Below are positions 1 through 10,481 of a stretch of DNA of 44,697 nt, piece after piece. A program made the position numbers and the translations under genes. Below the pieces are notes generated by a model, which was not told the DNA's origin, did no database searches, and saw only the letters and a list, made by a program, of their open reading frames with translations. Position 1 is the stretch's first letter. Each line of letters starts with the position of its first letter. Where the stretch lies: the NCBI GenBank assembly GCA_947574085.1, contig CANPIH010000003.1, positions 1 through 44,697 of the forward strand, written 5' to 3'. The stretch is from an uncultured Mycoplasmatota bacterium (lineage in GTDB: Bacteria; Bacillota_I; Bacilli_A; RF39; UBA660).

Positions 1-10
1 AATTAATAGA

Positions 11-79
11 AAACCCATAGAAAAAATCTATGGGTTTGTCTACATTCTGAAAAACAAAAATTATTGAGTTTTTGTTTTT
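11..79. terminator. Two adjacent hairpins, probable (bidirectional) intrinsic terminator(s) downstream of the minus-strand GT operon
   Basis: AAACCCATAGA(11-21)/TCTATGGGTTT(27-37) and AAAAACAAAAA(50-60)/TTTTTGTTTTT(69-79), immediately past the stop codon at 79-81. Confidence 0.6.
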
Positions 80-1242
80 TAATTTAATATTTTTGTAAAA
101 GTGTTCTCTATTATATCTTTTTGCTTTAAAGGTAGATATAATTTATTTGTAGTTTCAAAAGCAGCATTTCCAATATTTTTCCTTAAAGTTTCGTCAAAAT
201 ATAGTTTTTCAATAGCATTAAACCATTGTCCTTCTTCACAAAATATTCCGTTTTTATTATCCTCTATGAAAGATGTATATAAATCCGTTTTTGTTATACA
301 AGAAGGAACTTTTACTATGCCAGCTTCAAAAAATTTTAATTCGGATTTTGCTTGGTTAAAAGAATTATTTACCAATGGAATAATATTAACATCAACACTT
401 CCTATTTCGTATTGTAATTGTGGATAAGGAACTAATTCTTTAAAAATAACTCTACCTTGTTTTAAATAATCATTTAGTTTTCCTTCTAATGGCATAAATC
501 CAACAATTTTTAAATAAATATTTTCATATTTGTCTAGTAATTGAATAAGTTCATTTTCCACAGTATGAAAATCATGTTTATGAGAATATGAACCACTAAA
601 ATATCCAATTATAAACTTAGATTTATCTAAAGTTCTCTTTTTAAGAATTTCTTTAGACTCCGTAATTTGTTCATTATTTAGAAAATTAGGAATAACAAAA
701 GTAGGTTTATGAAAATCATTTGTTAAATTATTTTTTAAAAATTCTGTTGTTGTAATATAGAAATCACATTTTTTAGCTACCAATTCATATTGTGATGCGA
801 TAGAAAGATATAAAGGTATTGTTTCTTTCGTAAATCCTACCCCTATATGATTGATATAGTATGGAACATGATCAATTTTATATAGCAAGTCATCCATATC
901 ATATACAATAGGCTTGTTTTTTATTTTAGCTATATAAATTAAATTTTCTACTTCTATTGTCCAATTTGTTCTTTGAAAAACAATAATATTTATTTTATCT
1001 ATGTGTTGTATAATTTTTGGAATTTCACTACATAAAAAGTAAGAAATTTCAAAATCTTTACTAGTTTCTAATGCTTCTTTAAAGTTATAACAACGATATC
1101 TAAAAGTGGAATTATCAAACTCATTTTTTATATATATAATTTTTTTCTTTTTATTTTTTTCTACTAAAATTTTAAATCTTTCAGCGTAAGATAATACTTG
1201 TAAAGGCATTTGGAATTCTTTTTTACATTCAATTTTATACAT
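79..1242 (-). CDS. Glycosyltransferase, GT-B/GT4-like (rhamnan/S-layer-glycan type)
   Basis: Motifs STFRYRC, YDMDDL, IGYFSGS..H..DF, DVNIIPL, FNQAKSELKFFEAG. Start moved from 1251 to ATG 1242 (AAAGGA RBS upstream); overlaps the upstream gene stop. Confidence 0.8.
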   Translation of the reverse strand: MYKIECKKEFQMPLQVLSYAERFKILVEKNKKKKIIYIKNEFDNSTFRYRCYNFKEALETSKDFEISYFLCSEIPKIIQHIDKINIIVFQRTNWTIEVENLIYIAKIKNKPIVYDMDDLLYKIDHVPYYINHIGVGFTKETIPLYLSIASQYELVAKKCDFYITTTEFLKNNLTNDFHKPTFVIPNFLNNEQITESKEILKKRTLDKSKFIIGYFSGSYSHKHDFHTVENELIQLLDKYENIYLKIVGFMPLEGKLNDYLKQGRVIFKELVPYPQLQYEIGSVDVNIIPLVNNSFNQAKSELKFFEAGIVKVPSCITKTDLYTSFIEDNKNGIFCEEGQWFNAIEKLYFDETLRKNIGNAAFETTNKLYLPLKQKDIIENTFTKILN

Positions 1243-2713
1243 CTTGATCATCCTTTAAAAATTTATTCATATGTTTTATTGAATCTTTAAAGGCATTGTC
1301 CCAAGTTCCAATTGTATTTGCTTCATTATAATTTTTCTTTCTTTGCTCTAAATCTTTTGCTAATTTTGCTCCTTTTTCTAAGGCATCCAACATACTTTCT
1401 TTTTTTAATTCGGCGGTTATGATATTTTTAGAGTAAAAACTTAAATCTTGTTTGTTAGCGTATTGATTGGTAACGCATACCGCACCAGCAGTTGTAGAAT
1501 CTAGTGGAGGATAACTAGGATGCGGGGTATAAATCATGCTATAACATAAATCAATTGTAGATATAAAGCTACAATAATCATTCCAATCCATTATACCTAA
1601 ATCTTTAACTTCAACATCTGCGTCAAATGTAATACTTGGTACATTTTTGTCACCAGCTGTATAAACTATCCATTCTTTTGGATTTAATCTTCCAGTTAAA
1701 AAAGCTTCATTTAGATTTTCTAAACCAAAATAAAAAATATTTCTTTGATGAGAGGGTCTAGCGTAATAAAATAAATTATATTTCTCTTTTTGTGTAAAAC
1801 TTTTGTGACTTGGTTTTAATAAATCTTTTGAAAATACTGGTTCAAAATAAATACCATTTTTTTTAACATTTTCATACCCATTTTTTACTAAATAATCGTA
1901 AAGCAATTTAGAATTTACCAGCGGTATTAATCTTTTATCTGTTAAAGTATTGAAACAACGAAGATGGTAATCTCCATGATCATAAAAGAAAGTTTCTACT
2001 TCTTGCATAATATAAAAAATTTTTCCGGTTATTTCTGGAGTATTTAAAACAGCGTCTGCGTTTACCCACATAGTGCATAAAAAATGATCTTTATTAGATA
2101 TTTCTAAATGTTGATTTAAGTTTGTTGCAAAAAATTCTACATTCTCTGGTTTTTTTAATTTAAATAATTCTAAAAATTGATAAAAAATATTTTCTTCTGG
2201 ATTTTGAGCAATTATTCTTAAATCGTAATGATAAGTATTTACAAAATGGATTGCTAATATTAATGCTGTTGCTTTTCCACCAAAAAAACATCCTTTATCA
2301 AAACCATTAAAAATAATATTTAAGCGATTTTTTTCTCTTAAAATTGGAAAAGTTTTAAGAGGATTGCTTTCATTAAAATGTTTGCTTAATAGGTCAGAAA
2401 CCTTTTTTTTGAATTTTGTTTTTGGACCTACAATTTTTGGATCAAATTGCCCATATTTCATATAATGTAAGATTGGATTCATCTCAATTTTAAATGAATT
2501 ATTTGCACTTAAATAAAGATTATTATCAAATTCTGCACTAGGATTTCTATGTTCTTTCCATCCAAAATAATAATAATGATTGACTGGGATCATACCAGTA
2601 TTTAGTATTTCTGGATAATTAGAAATATAAAAATTCTCATCAAAATATCCACTATTTTTAATTATATTAATATTTTTAATATCATAAATTTTCTTTTTAA
2701 TTCTGTGTATCAT
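1235..2713 (-). CDS. WsaF-like rhamnosyltransferase with an N-terminal FDxxFY...HY...GW.E.RNP module
   Basis: FFGGKATAL, TMW, FYIMQEVETFFY, FYYARP..RN, DLCYSMIYTPHPSYPPLD...GAVCVTN match WsaF-family features; N-terminal FDENFYISNYP/PVNHYYYFGWKEHRNPSAEFDNNLY motif. Confidence 0.75.
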   Translation of the reverse strand: MIHRIKKKIYDIKNINIIKNSGYFDENFYISNYPEILNTGMIPVNHYYYFGWKEHRNPSAEFDNNLYLSANNSFKIEMNPILHYMKYGQFDPKIVGPKTKFKKKVSDLLSKHFNESNPLKTFPILREKNRLNIIFNGFDKGCFFGGKATALILAIHFVNTYHYDLRIIAQNPEENIFYQFLELFKLKKPENVEFFATNLNQHLEISNKDHFLCTMWVNADAVLNTPEITGKIFYIMQEVETFFYDHGDYHLRCFNTLTDKRLIPLVNSKLLYDYLVKNGYENVKKNGIYFEPVFSKDLLKPSHKSFTQKEKYNLFYYARPSHQRNIFYFGLENLNEAFLTGRLNPKEWIVYTAGDKNVPSITFDADVEVKDLGIMDWNDYCSFISTIDLCYSMIYTPHPSYPPLDSTTAGAVCVTNQYANKQDLSFYSKNIITAELKKESMLDALEKGAKLAKDLEQRKKNYNEANTIGTWDNAFKDSIKHMNKFLKDDQDV

Positions 2714-2746
2714 TTTAATTCACTCCACTTCGTATTTTACAAGTTA

Positions 2747-2775
2747 ATTATAGTATAGAAAAAATTATATAGCAA
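2747..2775 (-). promoter_or_regulatory. Sigma70-type internal promoter for the WsaF-like gene
   Basis: Minus strand TTGCTA(2775-2770)-17 nt-TATAAT(2752-2747). Confidence 0.55.
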
Positions 2776-2786
2776 GAAATTAAGTA

Positions 2787-3854
2787 CTATTTTTTTAATA
2801 ATATATTTTTAAAACTTCTTAAAGGTTTTGTAATTTTCCAACTCTTACTATTTAGCATTTCTTCCATAACTATACTTAAATCTTTTAATTGTTGTTGTGT
2901 TACCAATAATTGTTGATTTTTTTCCTCTTTCATGTCGCTAAGGTTTTTAATTTTCTTTTTTTGTTTTTCTAAATCTTTTTCATAGTTTTTTATAATTCTT
3001 TCTTGTTCTAAAATTTTTTCTAAAAAAGAATTACGTTCACTAATATTTTTTTCTATTTCATCATAAAAATGAAATTCCTTAAGTTTAATTTCCTTAGTAA
3101 GTTTCTCGTCTTTTGAAATTTCAAATATATATTGTAAAGTACATAATTCGTTGTCTTGATTTAGAATCTTGTAGAGATTTGGGTAAGAGTTAATGTAAGA
3201 AGGAATAACTTTTGTATTGTTAATTTTTACTATTTGTAAATTGGTTTTAAACTGTTCATTAATGTTTTTAATCATATCAATAAAAGAACTTTTTGTAAAA
3301 AAGCGAATGTGTGTATTATCCAAAAGACCCATTTTATTATAATTAAATTTGCGTTCGATTAAGTTTTTACTGATGTCCATATGTGCAATATTTGGAATAC
3401 TAATTAAAATTTTCCCATTTTTATTTAGTTTTTTTGAAAAATTATATAAGATTTGATAGGGTTCTTCTAAATGTTCTAAAATGTCTGCAAAAATTATGTA
3501 GTCGAATTTAAGATTGCTAGAAAAAAATTTTTGATAAATTTGTGAATTATAATTAGAAATGGAAAAGTTGAATATTTCTTTATAAACTTTTTTCATTTTT
3601 GCCATCGCAATGGCTTCTTTATCTATTTCAATTCCATAAATTTCACAATTTTTTTCTGCTTTTAAAAGCTCTCCAATGTAGCCTACTGAACATCCAACAT
3701 CTAAACATCGAGATTTTTCTTTAACCAAATTTGCAAGTAGAGCATGGCTGTCATTTTTATCATGTAAGTTTATTTTTATATTTTTATCATAATATTTGTT
3801 AGCTTTATTTGGAATTCCTAACAAGTTTTTTCTAGCATTTCCTAAATTATTCAT
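2787..3854 (-). CDS. Class I SAM-dependent methyltransferase with C-terminal coiled coil (WbdD/WsaE-like glycan chain terminator)
   Basis: LDVGCSVGYIG motif I, GIEID, FDYIIFADILEHL, SIPNIAH, GLLDNTHIRFFT; heptad-rich C-terminus ending in SKSWKITKPLR; AAGGAG RBS. Confidence 0.8.
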   Translation of the reverse strand: MNNLGNARKNLLGIPNKANKYYDKNIKINLHDKNDSHALLANLVKEKSRCLDVGCSVGYIGELLKAEKNCEIYGIEIDKEAIAMAKMKKVYKEIFNFSISNYNSQIYQKFFSSNLKFDYIIFADILEHLEEPYQILYNFSKKLNKNGKILISIPNIAHMDISKNLIERKFNYNKMGLLDNTHIRFFTKSSFIDMIKNINEQFKTNLQIVKINNTKVIPSYINSYPNLYKILNQDNELCTLQYIFEISKDEKLTKEIKLKEFHFYDEIEKNISERNSFLEKILEQERIIKNYEKDLEKQKKKIKNLSDMKEEKNQQLLVTQQQLKDLSIVMEEMLNSKSWKITKPLRSFKNILLKK

Positions 3855-3974
3855 TTTAATTCTCCTTTATTTGTAATTATAATTTCTATTGTATCAAAAC
3901 TTCTATTTTTATAAAAGGATTTATTAATTGACGAATAACTTAAGAAAATGATACATTATTAATAGGTGTTAAGA

Positions 3975-4538
3975 ATGAAGTTAATAAAGTATGCAATTTA
4001 TATACTGGGATTTTGTTTTTTAATTGGTATATGTTTTCAGGATTTTAATCAAAGGGTTTTATTATCTAGTGCAAATAATTTAAAAACCGTTGATGTAATC
4101 AATGGTACTTTAATAAAGCAAGATTTTATAGTGGAACATAATAATATGGATGGTGTTGGAATTCATACTGCGACTGGTTCCCAATTAAAAATGGATGGCA
4201 TTTTGACTATGCAGTTAAATTTAAACGATAAACTTCTAATTGAAAAAGATGTGGAAATAAAAGATTTTTTTGACAATGTCTATTATTATATAGATATTCC
4301 TTTACAAACTAATTCAAAAGGGAAAAAGTATCAGTTGGTGATAAAAGGAAAACAAATTCCAGAAGAGGCTACTTTAAAACTATATGCAAATAAAGTGAGT
4401 GGAAATGATGTTATTCATATTGGTTATTATTATAAAGAAAAAGATTCTTCTCTAATTCTATATCTTGTTTTATATTTTTGGATGATAATGCTTATTGAGG
4501 TTCTTAATAAAAAGGATACTAAAGGAGTAAAAAAATAA
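3975..4538 (+). CDS. Hypothetical membrane-anchored protein (N- and C-terminal TM, central beta-rich domain)
   Basis: Hydrophobic ends; stop overlaps next start (TAATG); start moved from GTG 3966 to ATG 3975. Confidence 0.6.
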   Translation: MKLIKYAIYILGFCFLIGICFQDFNQRVLLSSANNLKTVDVINGTLIKQDFIVEHNNMDGVGIHTATGSQLKMDGILTMQLNLNDKLLIEKDVEIKDFFDNVYYYIDIPLQTNSKGKKYQLVIKGKQIPEEATLKLYANKVSGNDVIHIGYYYKEKDSSLILYLVLYFWMIMLIEVLNKKDTKGVKK

Positions 4539-6442
4539 TGAAAAGTATAAAAAACTTAAAAATGTATCAAAAAGTCTTACTACTTATTTGTTCCACTCTA
4601 ATAATCTCTTTTTTCAATTTTTATTATTATAATTATCAAGCATTGAAATTGCCAAAAGAAAAAATGAGATATAGTTTAGATTTAGAAAGTTTAGAGCAAG
4701 ATCATTTTAAATTCGAAAATAATACTTTAGTGAATAAAATGGAAACTGGCGAAATTAAGTTTAATCTGGATAATCAATATGTGAGATATATCATTGTTAA
4801 TTTTGAAAGTCCAATAAATCAATTTTCTGTATCTTTAGAAGCGGAGTCCACTAACCCTTTTGGAGTTGATAAAAATTATTCTACAACTCAAAAATGCTAT
4901 GGAGAATTAAAAACATGTGGATTTAATATAAACGCAAAAACACAAGAAATAGAAATGAAATTTAATGAAAATATACAAATAAAAAGTATTATTATAGACA
5001 ATAGCTTGTTTTTTAACTGGACAACATTTCTTTTTTGGATTGTATTCATTAATTTAATATTAATTGTATTAATGTTTTGTAATTTCTTTTTACAAAAAAT
5101 TCATTTTCTTGCTTTACTATTAAGTCTTGGTATGGGAAGTCTTTTTCTAGTTGCAACGCATGGTATGACTTCTAATACTTTTGATGGTCAAACGCACTTT
5201 ATTTTTTATAATGCTTTAAATACTGAAAAGACTGAAGCAGATCTACAATACGAACTAGACAATCATCATATTTCAGGTATTGTTGAATTTGGAGACCTAG
5301 ATACAAAAATAGAAAAAAAAGAATACACTCGTTTTATTAATGAACTGGCAAAGCATAAAATAAATAATGCAACCAAAAGTAGAAATTTATTACAATCTCA
5401 GCGAATTGTTTATTTTCCAATTGCTTTCGTTTTAAAAATTGCTTCTGGTATGCCAATTAGTTATTCTACTTGTATTTTACTTGCAAGAATTGCTCAATTG
5501 GTACTTTATTCTGTAATGACAATGTGGATTGTTAAATTTATGCCTAATTATAAACTATTAACCATTTATATTTGCTTATGTCCTCAAATGCTGTTCTTTG
5601 CTACGAATTTCAATTATGATCCAACGGTTGTGTCTTCTCTTCTGTTAGGATTTTCAATATTTGCTAATGAATATTCTAATAAAGAAAAGAAGATAAATAA
5701 AAAAAATATTGGTATAGCTATAGCTACAATAGTATTGGCATCTTTTGCTAAATTTGTGTACATATTGCTTTTATTTCTATTTTGCTTATTGCCAAAAGAA
5801 AAATTTTTTAATAAAAAGCAGAAAAATTTATTTATCTTAGTTATAATTGGAATAATTTTTTCATTAATAATAACAAAAGGATACATAATGTTAACAGCTA
5901 AAGCAGAATCTTCAACTATTTTGGCACTTGGAGAAATATCACCTTTTCAACAAATTCGATCTATTTTTCATCACCCTTTCTCTTTTATTCATTTATTTTA
6001 TAGCGAAGTGATTTTAAAAGGTTTTGCAATGATGTTTTCTCCTGAAACGTTTGGATGCTTGAGTTATTATGGAACGATGACGCTAGAATTAAGCTATTTG
6101 ATTTTTATTCTTATAATATTCTTGGCTTTTGTAACTGAAAAAAATCCAGTAAGCATTAAAAAAAGCAATAAAATAATAATGTTGTGTATATATTTTTTTA
6201 TAATTTGCTTAATTTGGGTAGGAATGTATTTATGCTGGACGCCAGTTGGAGCTAATCAAATTGATGGAGTACAGCCAAGATATTATATCCCACTTCTATT
6301 ACCAATTTTATATAGTTTTTCAACAAAAAACTTTTTTAATCATATTAATGAAAAGTATCTCCTTTCCGTTTTAACTATTTTATATATCTTTGCAAGTTGT
6401 ATATTTATTTTTAAACTCGTTATTTCTATTTATGGATTATAA
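4538..6442 (+). CDS. DUF2142 family integral membrane protein (putative GT-C, WpsJ-like)
   Basis: Multi-TM; DGQTHF, ILLARIAQL, NFNYD, K.VY, SYYG, YLCWTPVGANQIDGVQPRYYIP. Confidence 0.75.
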   Translation: MKSIKNLKMYQKVLLLICSTLIISFFNFYYYNYQALKLPKEKMRYSLDLESLEQDHFKFENNTLVNKMETGEIKFNLDNQYVRYIIVNFESPINQFSVSLEAESTNPFGVDKNYSTTQKCYGELKTCGFNINAKTQEIEMKFNENIQIKSIIIDNSLFFNWTTFLFWIVFINLILIVLMFCNFFLQKIHFLALLLSLGMGSLFLVATHGMTSNTFDGQTHFIFYNALNTEKTEADLQYELDNHHISGIVEFGDLDTKIEKKEYTRFINELAKHKINNATKSRNLLQSQRIVYFPIAFVLKIASGMPISYSTCILLARIAQLVLYSVMTMWIVKFMPNYKLLTIYICLCPQMLFFATNFNYDPTVVSSLLLGFSIFANEYSNKEKKINKKNIGIAIATIVLASFAKFVYILLLFLFCLLPKEKFFNKKQKNLFILVIIGIIFSLIITKGYIMLTAKAESSTILALGEISPFQQIRSIFHHPFSFIHLFYSEVILKGFAMMFSPETFGCLSYYGTMTLELSYLIFILIIFLAFVTEKNPVSIKKSNKIIMLCIYFFIICLIWVGMYLCWTPVGANQIDGVQPRYYIPLLLPILYSFSTKNFFNHINEKYLLSVLTILYIFASCIFIFKLVISIYGL

Positions 6443-6564
6443 TTAAAAAATAGTTTTCTAATAATTTTGATTAGTTGTTTATGTATTGCAAAAAAGTTTA
6501 CATAAGCACAATTGAATGTTATAATATTTTATTATAAATTTGTGTAAATGAAGTAGTGGTGTTT

Positions 6565-7302
6565 ATGGGTGAAGATAAAGTTTTAATTGTTGTTCCAGCT
6601 TATAATGAGCAAGATAATATATTGAAAGTAATTAAAGAAATTAAAGAGGATTTACCAGATTATTTTAATTTAATGGTAATTAATGATTGCTCTACTGACA
6701 AGACAAAAGAAATATTAGAAAAAAATAAAATTCCACATTTAAATAATATATTTAATATGAAATACGCTATGTCAGTTCAAACGGGAATTAAATATGCAAA
6801 TATTAATAATTATGATTTTGTTATTTTAATGGATGCAGATGGACAACATATTGCAAAAGAAGCTTTAAAATTATATCAACAAATAAAAAAAAGTCATGAG
6901 GATATAATTATAGGTTCTAGATATTTAAAGGACTTTGGTTATCCATGCCCAAAATTAAGAAGATTAGGAACTAAAATATTTGAAATTTTGATAAATTTAT
7001 TATGTCATCAAAAGATTGTAGATCCTTTATCAGGATTTCAATGCATTAATAAAAAAGTTATACAAGAATACGCTAAAAAAAATGGCTATCCAGAATATCC
7101 AGATGCTAATTTAATTATATCAATGCTTTTTAAGGGGTTTAAAATAAAAGAAATTCCAGTAAAAATGAGAATTAGAGAAACGGGTATAAGTATGCATGCC
7201 GGTATTAAAGAACCTTTAAAATATATGATAAATATGATTTATACGATTTTGGTAATAGTTATCCAAAATATTGGAAAAAAGAAAATTAATTATTTAAAAT
7301 AA
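6565..7302 (+). CDS. GT2 polyprenyl-phosphate glycosyltransferase (DPM-synthase-like; GacI/WpsA-like)
   Basis: IVVPAYNE, INDCSTD, VQTG, MDADGQH, GSRY, DPLSGFQ, EYPD, EIPVKMR.R..G.S; followed by DUF2304. ORF track start GTG 6556. Confidence 0.85.
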   Translation: MGEDKVLIVVPAYNEQDNILKVIKEIKEDLPDYFNLMVINDCSTDKTKEILEKNKIPHLNNIFNMKYAMSVQTGIKYANINNYDFVILMDADGQHIAKEALKLYQQIKKSHEDIIIGSRYLKDFGYPCPKLRRLGTKIFEILINLLCHQKIVDPLSGFQCINKKVIQEYAKKNGYPEYPDANLIISMLFKGFKIKEIPVKMRIRETGISMHAGIKEPLKYMINMIYTILVIVIQNIGKKKINYLK

Positions 7303-7320
7303 AATGAAAGTTGGAAATGT

Positions 7321-7647
7321 ATGAAAAAGATATATTTTATTGTATTAACGCTATTAATTGGGTTGTATATTATAAACGATGTAAGGAGAAACAGATTTTC
7401 AATTAAAGAAAGCATTTATTGGATATTCGGAGTAGGAATAATGCTTTTTTTAGCTGTTTTTCCACAATGCATCGATGGTATAGCTACTTTTTTAGGCATT
7501 TCCTATCCCCCTTCATTACTTTTTGTGATTTGTATTATTTTTTTAATACTTATCAATTTTCGCAATTCGAAAAAAATTGTTATTTTGCAAGAAGAGGTAA
7601 TCGAGCTTGAACAAAATATTACAATATTAAAGGGAAATAAAAAATGA
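7321..7647 (+). CDS. DUF2304 small membrane protein (GacJ/WpsB-like)
   Basis: 108 aa, 3 TM, SIYW, FP, LGISYPPSLLF, C-terminal L.Q..A/T pattern; directly after DPM-like GT2. Confidence 0.8.
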   Translation: MKKIYFIVLTLLIGLYIINDVRRNRFSIKESIYWIFGVGIMLFLAVFPQCIDGIATFLGISYPPSLLFVICIIFLILINFRNSKKIVILQEEVIELEQNITILKGNKK

Positions 7648-8450
7648 AAAAAAATTTAAAACATACTTTTGTAATTTTGGCTTATAAAGAAAGTCCTTAT
7701 TTAGAATCCTGTATAAAATCTATATTAAATCAAACCATCAAAACCAACATTATTTTAGCCACTTCCACTTTTAATAATTTTATAAAAAAAATAGCTAAAA
7801 AATATGAATTAGAAGTTCAAATTAATAAAGAGGGTCAGGGAATAGCAGAGGATTTTAATTTTGCTTATGAATGTGCCAAAACAAATCTTGTAACGATAGC
7901 TCATCAAGATGATATTTATGAAAGTGATTACGTTGAAACTATAATTCATTATTATCAAAAATATCAAAATGCCACTATATTGTTTACGAATTATTATGAA
8001 ATAAGAGAAAATCAAAAAATAATTAATAGTCCAAGTAAAAAAGTAAAACAAATTTTACTGATTCCTTTGTACTTCAAAACTATTTGCTTTTTGAAAATGG
8101 TAAAAAGAAACTCGTTAAGATTTGGAAATGCTATTTGTTGTCCTACAGTAACTTTCAGTAAAAAGAATATAACAATCGATAAAATTTTTACTAGTAACTT
8201 TATTAGTAACATGGATTGGCTGGCTTGGGAACGTATTTCAAGACTTAAAGGAAGTTTTATTTATATTAATAAAATTTTAGTAGGTCATAGAATACATGAT
8301 GAAGCTACAACCAGTAAATTAATTCAAGCTGGAAAAAGAACTAGTGAAGATTACGAAATGTTTTTAAGATTCTGGCCTAAATGGATAGCAAAAATTATTA
8401 ATAAATTTTATAAGTTGAATGAAGCAACTTACAAAAAAAGTGAGTTTTAA
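7644..8450 (+). CDS. GT2 glycosyltransferase
   Basis: HTFVILAYKESPYLESCI, IAHQDD, GNAICCPTV, DWLAW, HRIH. Confidence 0.85.
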   Translation: MKKNLKHTFVILAYKESPYLESCIKSILNQTIKTNIILATSTFNNFIKKIAKKYELEVQINKEGQGIAEDFNFAYECAKTNLVTIAHQDDIYESDYVETIIHYYQKYQNATILFTNYYEIRENQKIINSPSKKVKQILLIPLYFKTICFLKMVKRNSLRFGNAICCPTVTFSKKNITIDKIFTSNFISNMDWLAWERISRLKGSFIYINKILVGHRIHDEATTSKLIQAGKRTSEDYEMFLRFWPKWIAKIINKFYKLNEATYKKSEF

Positions 8451-8520
8451 AGTTGCCTTTTTGTAGTTTTTCATTTTTAGTATATGTTTTTAAAAATATA
8501 AATTTAAAGTAGGTGAAATT

Positions 8521-9459
8521 TTGAATAAAATTGTATCTATAATTGTTCCTGTTTATAATGCAGAAAAGTACATTGATCGATGCTTACATAGCATTTTAAA
8601 TCAAAGCTATACAAATATAGAAATTGTCTTAATTAACGATGGTTCTAGCGATAATTCTTTAAAGATAATAAATGAATACGCCAAAAAATATAGCTTTATT
8701 AAAGTATATAGTCATGAAAACAAAGGTGTAGGATTTACTAGGAATTTTGGAATTCTACAAGCAAAAGGGGAATATATTGTTTTTGTTGATAGTGATGATT
8801 ATATTGATGAAAATTATGTGGAAATTTTATTAAATAGTGTTAAAAACTATGATGCTGTATTTAGTGGCTATAAAAGTATAACTGAAAATGGAGAAATTAT
8901 TTCTGTAAATGCTTTAGATCAATCGGAGTGGGCTAAATACAAATACACTGGAATATTAGGAAAAATATATAAAACAAAATATTTAATACAAAACAAAATA
9001 TTTTATCCAAATTATAAAGTAGGAGAAGATCTTTATTTTGCTTTATTGGTAATTAATAAAGGGGCAAAAATTTTAACAATAGATTATTGTGGATACAACT
9101 ATGTGCAAAATAGTAAATCTGTTACCAATTCTTTAATAGAAAAATATGATATGCTTCCTATGTTTCAAGATTTATATGAAAAAATACATCAAGATTTGGA
9201 AAATGATACCAAATTGTTTCATTTTTATATTAAAGCAATGCTTTATTCTATAATTTTACAAAAATCTATTTTAAGTTCTAAAGAAATGAATGAAATGTTT
9301 TTTAATACTATGAAATGGATTAAAAATTGCAAAAGAAAAATTGGGATTTTTAATTATAAATTAGAAAGTTTAAAAATAAGATTTTTTGTTAATTTATTTG
9401 TGTTTGGTTATTGTATAAAAATTAATAAAATATTATTTATTATTTTAAAACATTTATAG
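8521..9459 (+). CDS. GT2 glycosyltransferase
   Basis: SIIVPVYN, INDGSSD, RNFG, FVDSDD, GED; TTG start with AGGTG RBS. Confidence 0.9.
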   Translation: MNKIVSIIVPVYNAEKYIDRCLHSILNQSYTNIEIVLINDGSSDNSLKIINEYAKKYSFIKVYSHENKGVGFTRNFGILQAKGEYIVFVDSDDYIDENYVEILLNSVKNYDAVFSGYKSITENGEIISVNALDQSEWAKYKYTGILGKIYKTKYLIQNKIFYPNYKVGEDLYFALLVINKGAKILTIDYCGYNYVQNSKSVTNSLIEKYDMLPMFQDLYEKIHQDLENDTKLFHFYIKAMLYSIILQKSILSSKEMNEMFFNTMKWIKNCKRKIGIFNYKLESLKIRFFVNLFVFGYCIKINKILFIILKHL

Positions 9460-9472
9460 AAAGGTTTTTCAT

Positions 9473-10468
9473 ATGGAAAAAAATTTAGTTAGTGTAATTA
9501 TGTCTACAAAAGATACGGAAGAGAATATGCTCAAAGAGGCAATAAATAGCATTTTAAATCAAACTTATAAGAATATTGAATTTATTATTGTTTGTGATGG
9601 AAGCGAAGAAAATTATAATTATATAAAAAAGTTAAAAGACAAAAGAATAAAAATTATTAAAAATGTAAGTACTATTGGTTTGACAAAATCTTTAAATAAA
9701 GGTTTAAAGATTGCTAAGGGTAAATATATAGCACGAATGGATAGTGATGATATTTCTTCAAAAAATCGTCTAAAATGGCAAATAGAATATTTGGAAAAAC
9801 ATTTAAATGTCGATATATGTTCAGTTATTCCTAAAAATTTTGGATATTCACACAATTATTCGATTAATTTATTTCCTTCTTTTGATGGAAATAAAGCTCA
9901 ATTATTTTTATACAGTTGTCTTACACATGCTGCAGTTGTATTTCGTAAAAGTTTTCTTGATCAATTTCAAATTAAATATGATGAGAATTGTTTGCTGGCT
10001 CAAGATTATGAATTGTGGACAAGATGCGCAAAATTAACAAATATGAAAGTAATACAGAAAGTGGGCTATTACATACGTGTACATCATAAAAGAATTACCA
10101 CTACCAAAAAAGAAGAACAAACAAAAGTTGTAACAATGATTTATAAACGAAATTTACAAGAGCTTGGTATGAAGCCGACAGATAAAAATATAAATACAAT
10201 GTTCTTTTTGAGTGGGCGAGAAAATTTGAATGTAAATAGCAAAAATATTCTTGAATTTATTGAGGAAGCCATACTTAAAAATAAGGAAAAAGGTATTTAC
10301 GAATCTAAAAATTTTAGAAGAATTTTATACTTTAATTATGTATTTAGAATGTTTACATTAAAGAAACAATTGGTAAATATTAAATATATTTTTAAGTCTC
10401 ATATTATAAGTTTAACAATAAAATATATAATTACATTTAGCTTATTAAAGATGGGATTTTATAAGTAG
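9473..10468 (+). CDS. GT2 glycosyltransferase
   Basis: VSVIMS, GLTKSLN, YIARMDSDD, AQDYELW. Confidence 0.9.
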   Translation: MEKNLVSVIMSTKDTEENMLKEAINSILNQTYKNIEFIIVCDGSEENYNYIKKLKDKRIKIIKNVSTIGLTKSLNKGLKIAKGKYIARMDSDDISSKNRLKWQIEYLEKHLNVDICSVIPKNFGYSHNYSINLFPSFDGNKAQLFLYSCLTHAAVVFRKSFLDQFQIKYDENCLLAQDYELWTRCAKLTNMKVIQKVGYYIRVHHKRITTTKKEEQTKVVTMIYKRNLQELGMKPTDKNINTMFFLSGRENLNVNSKNILEFIEEAILKNKEKGIYESKNFRRILYFNYVFRMFTLKKQLVNIKYIFKSHIISLTIKYIITFSLLKMGFYK

Positions 10469-10481
10469 GAGATGAAATCGT

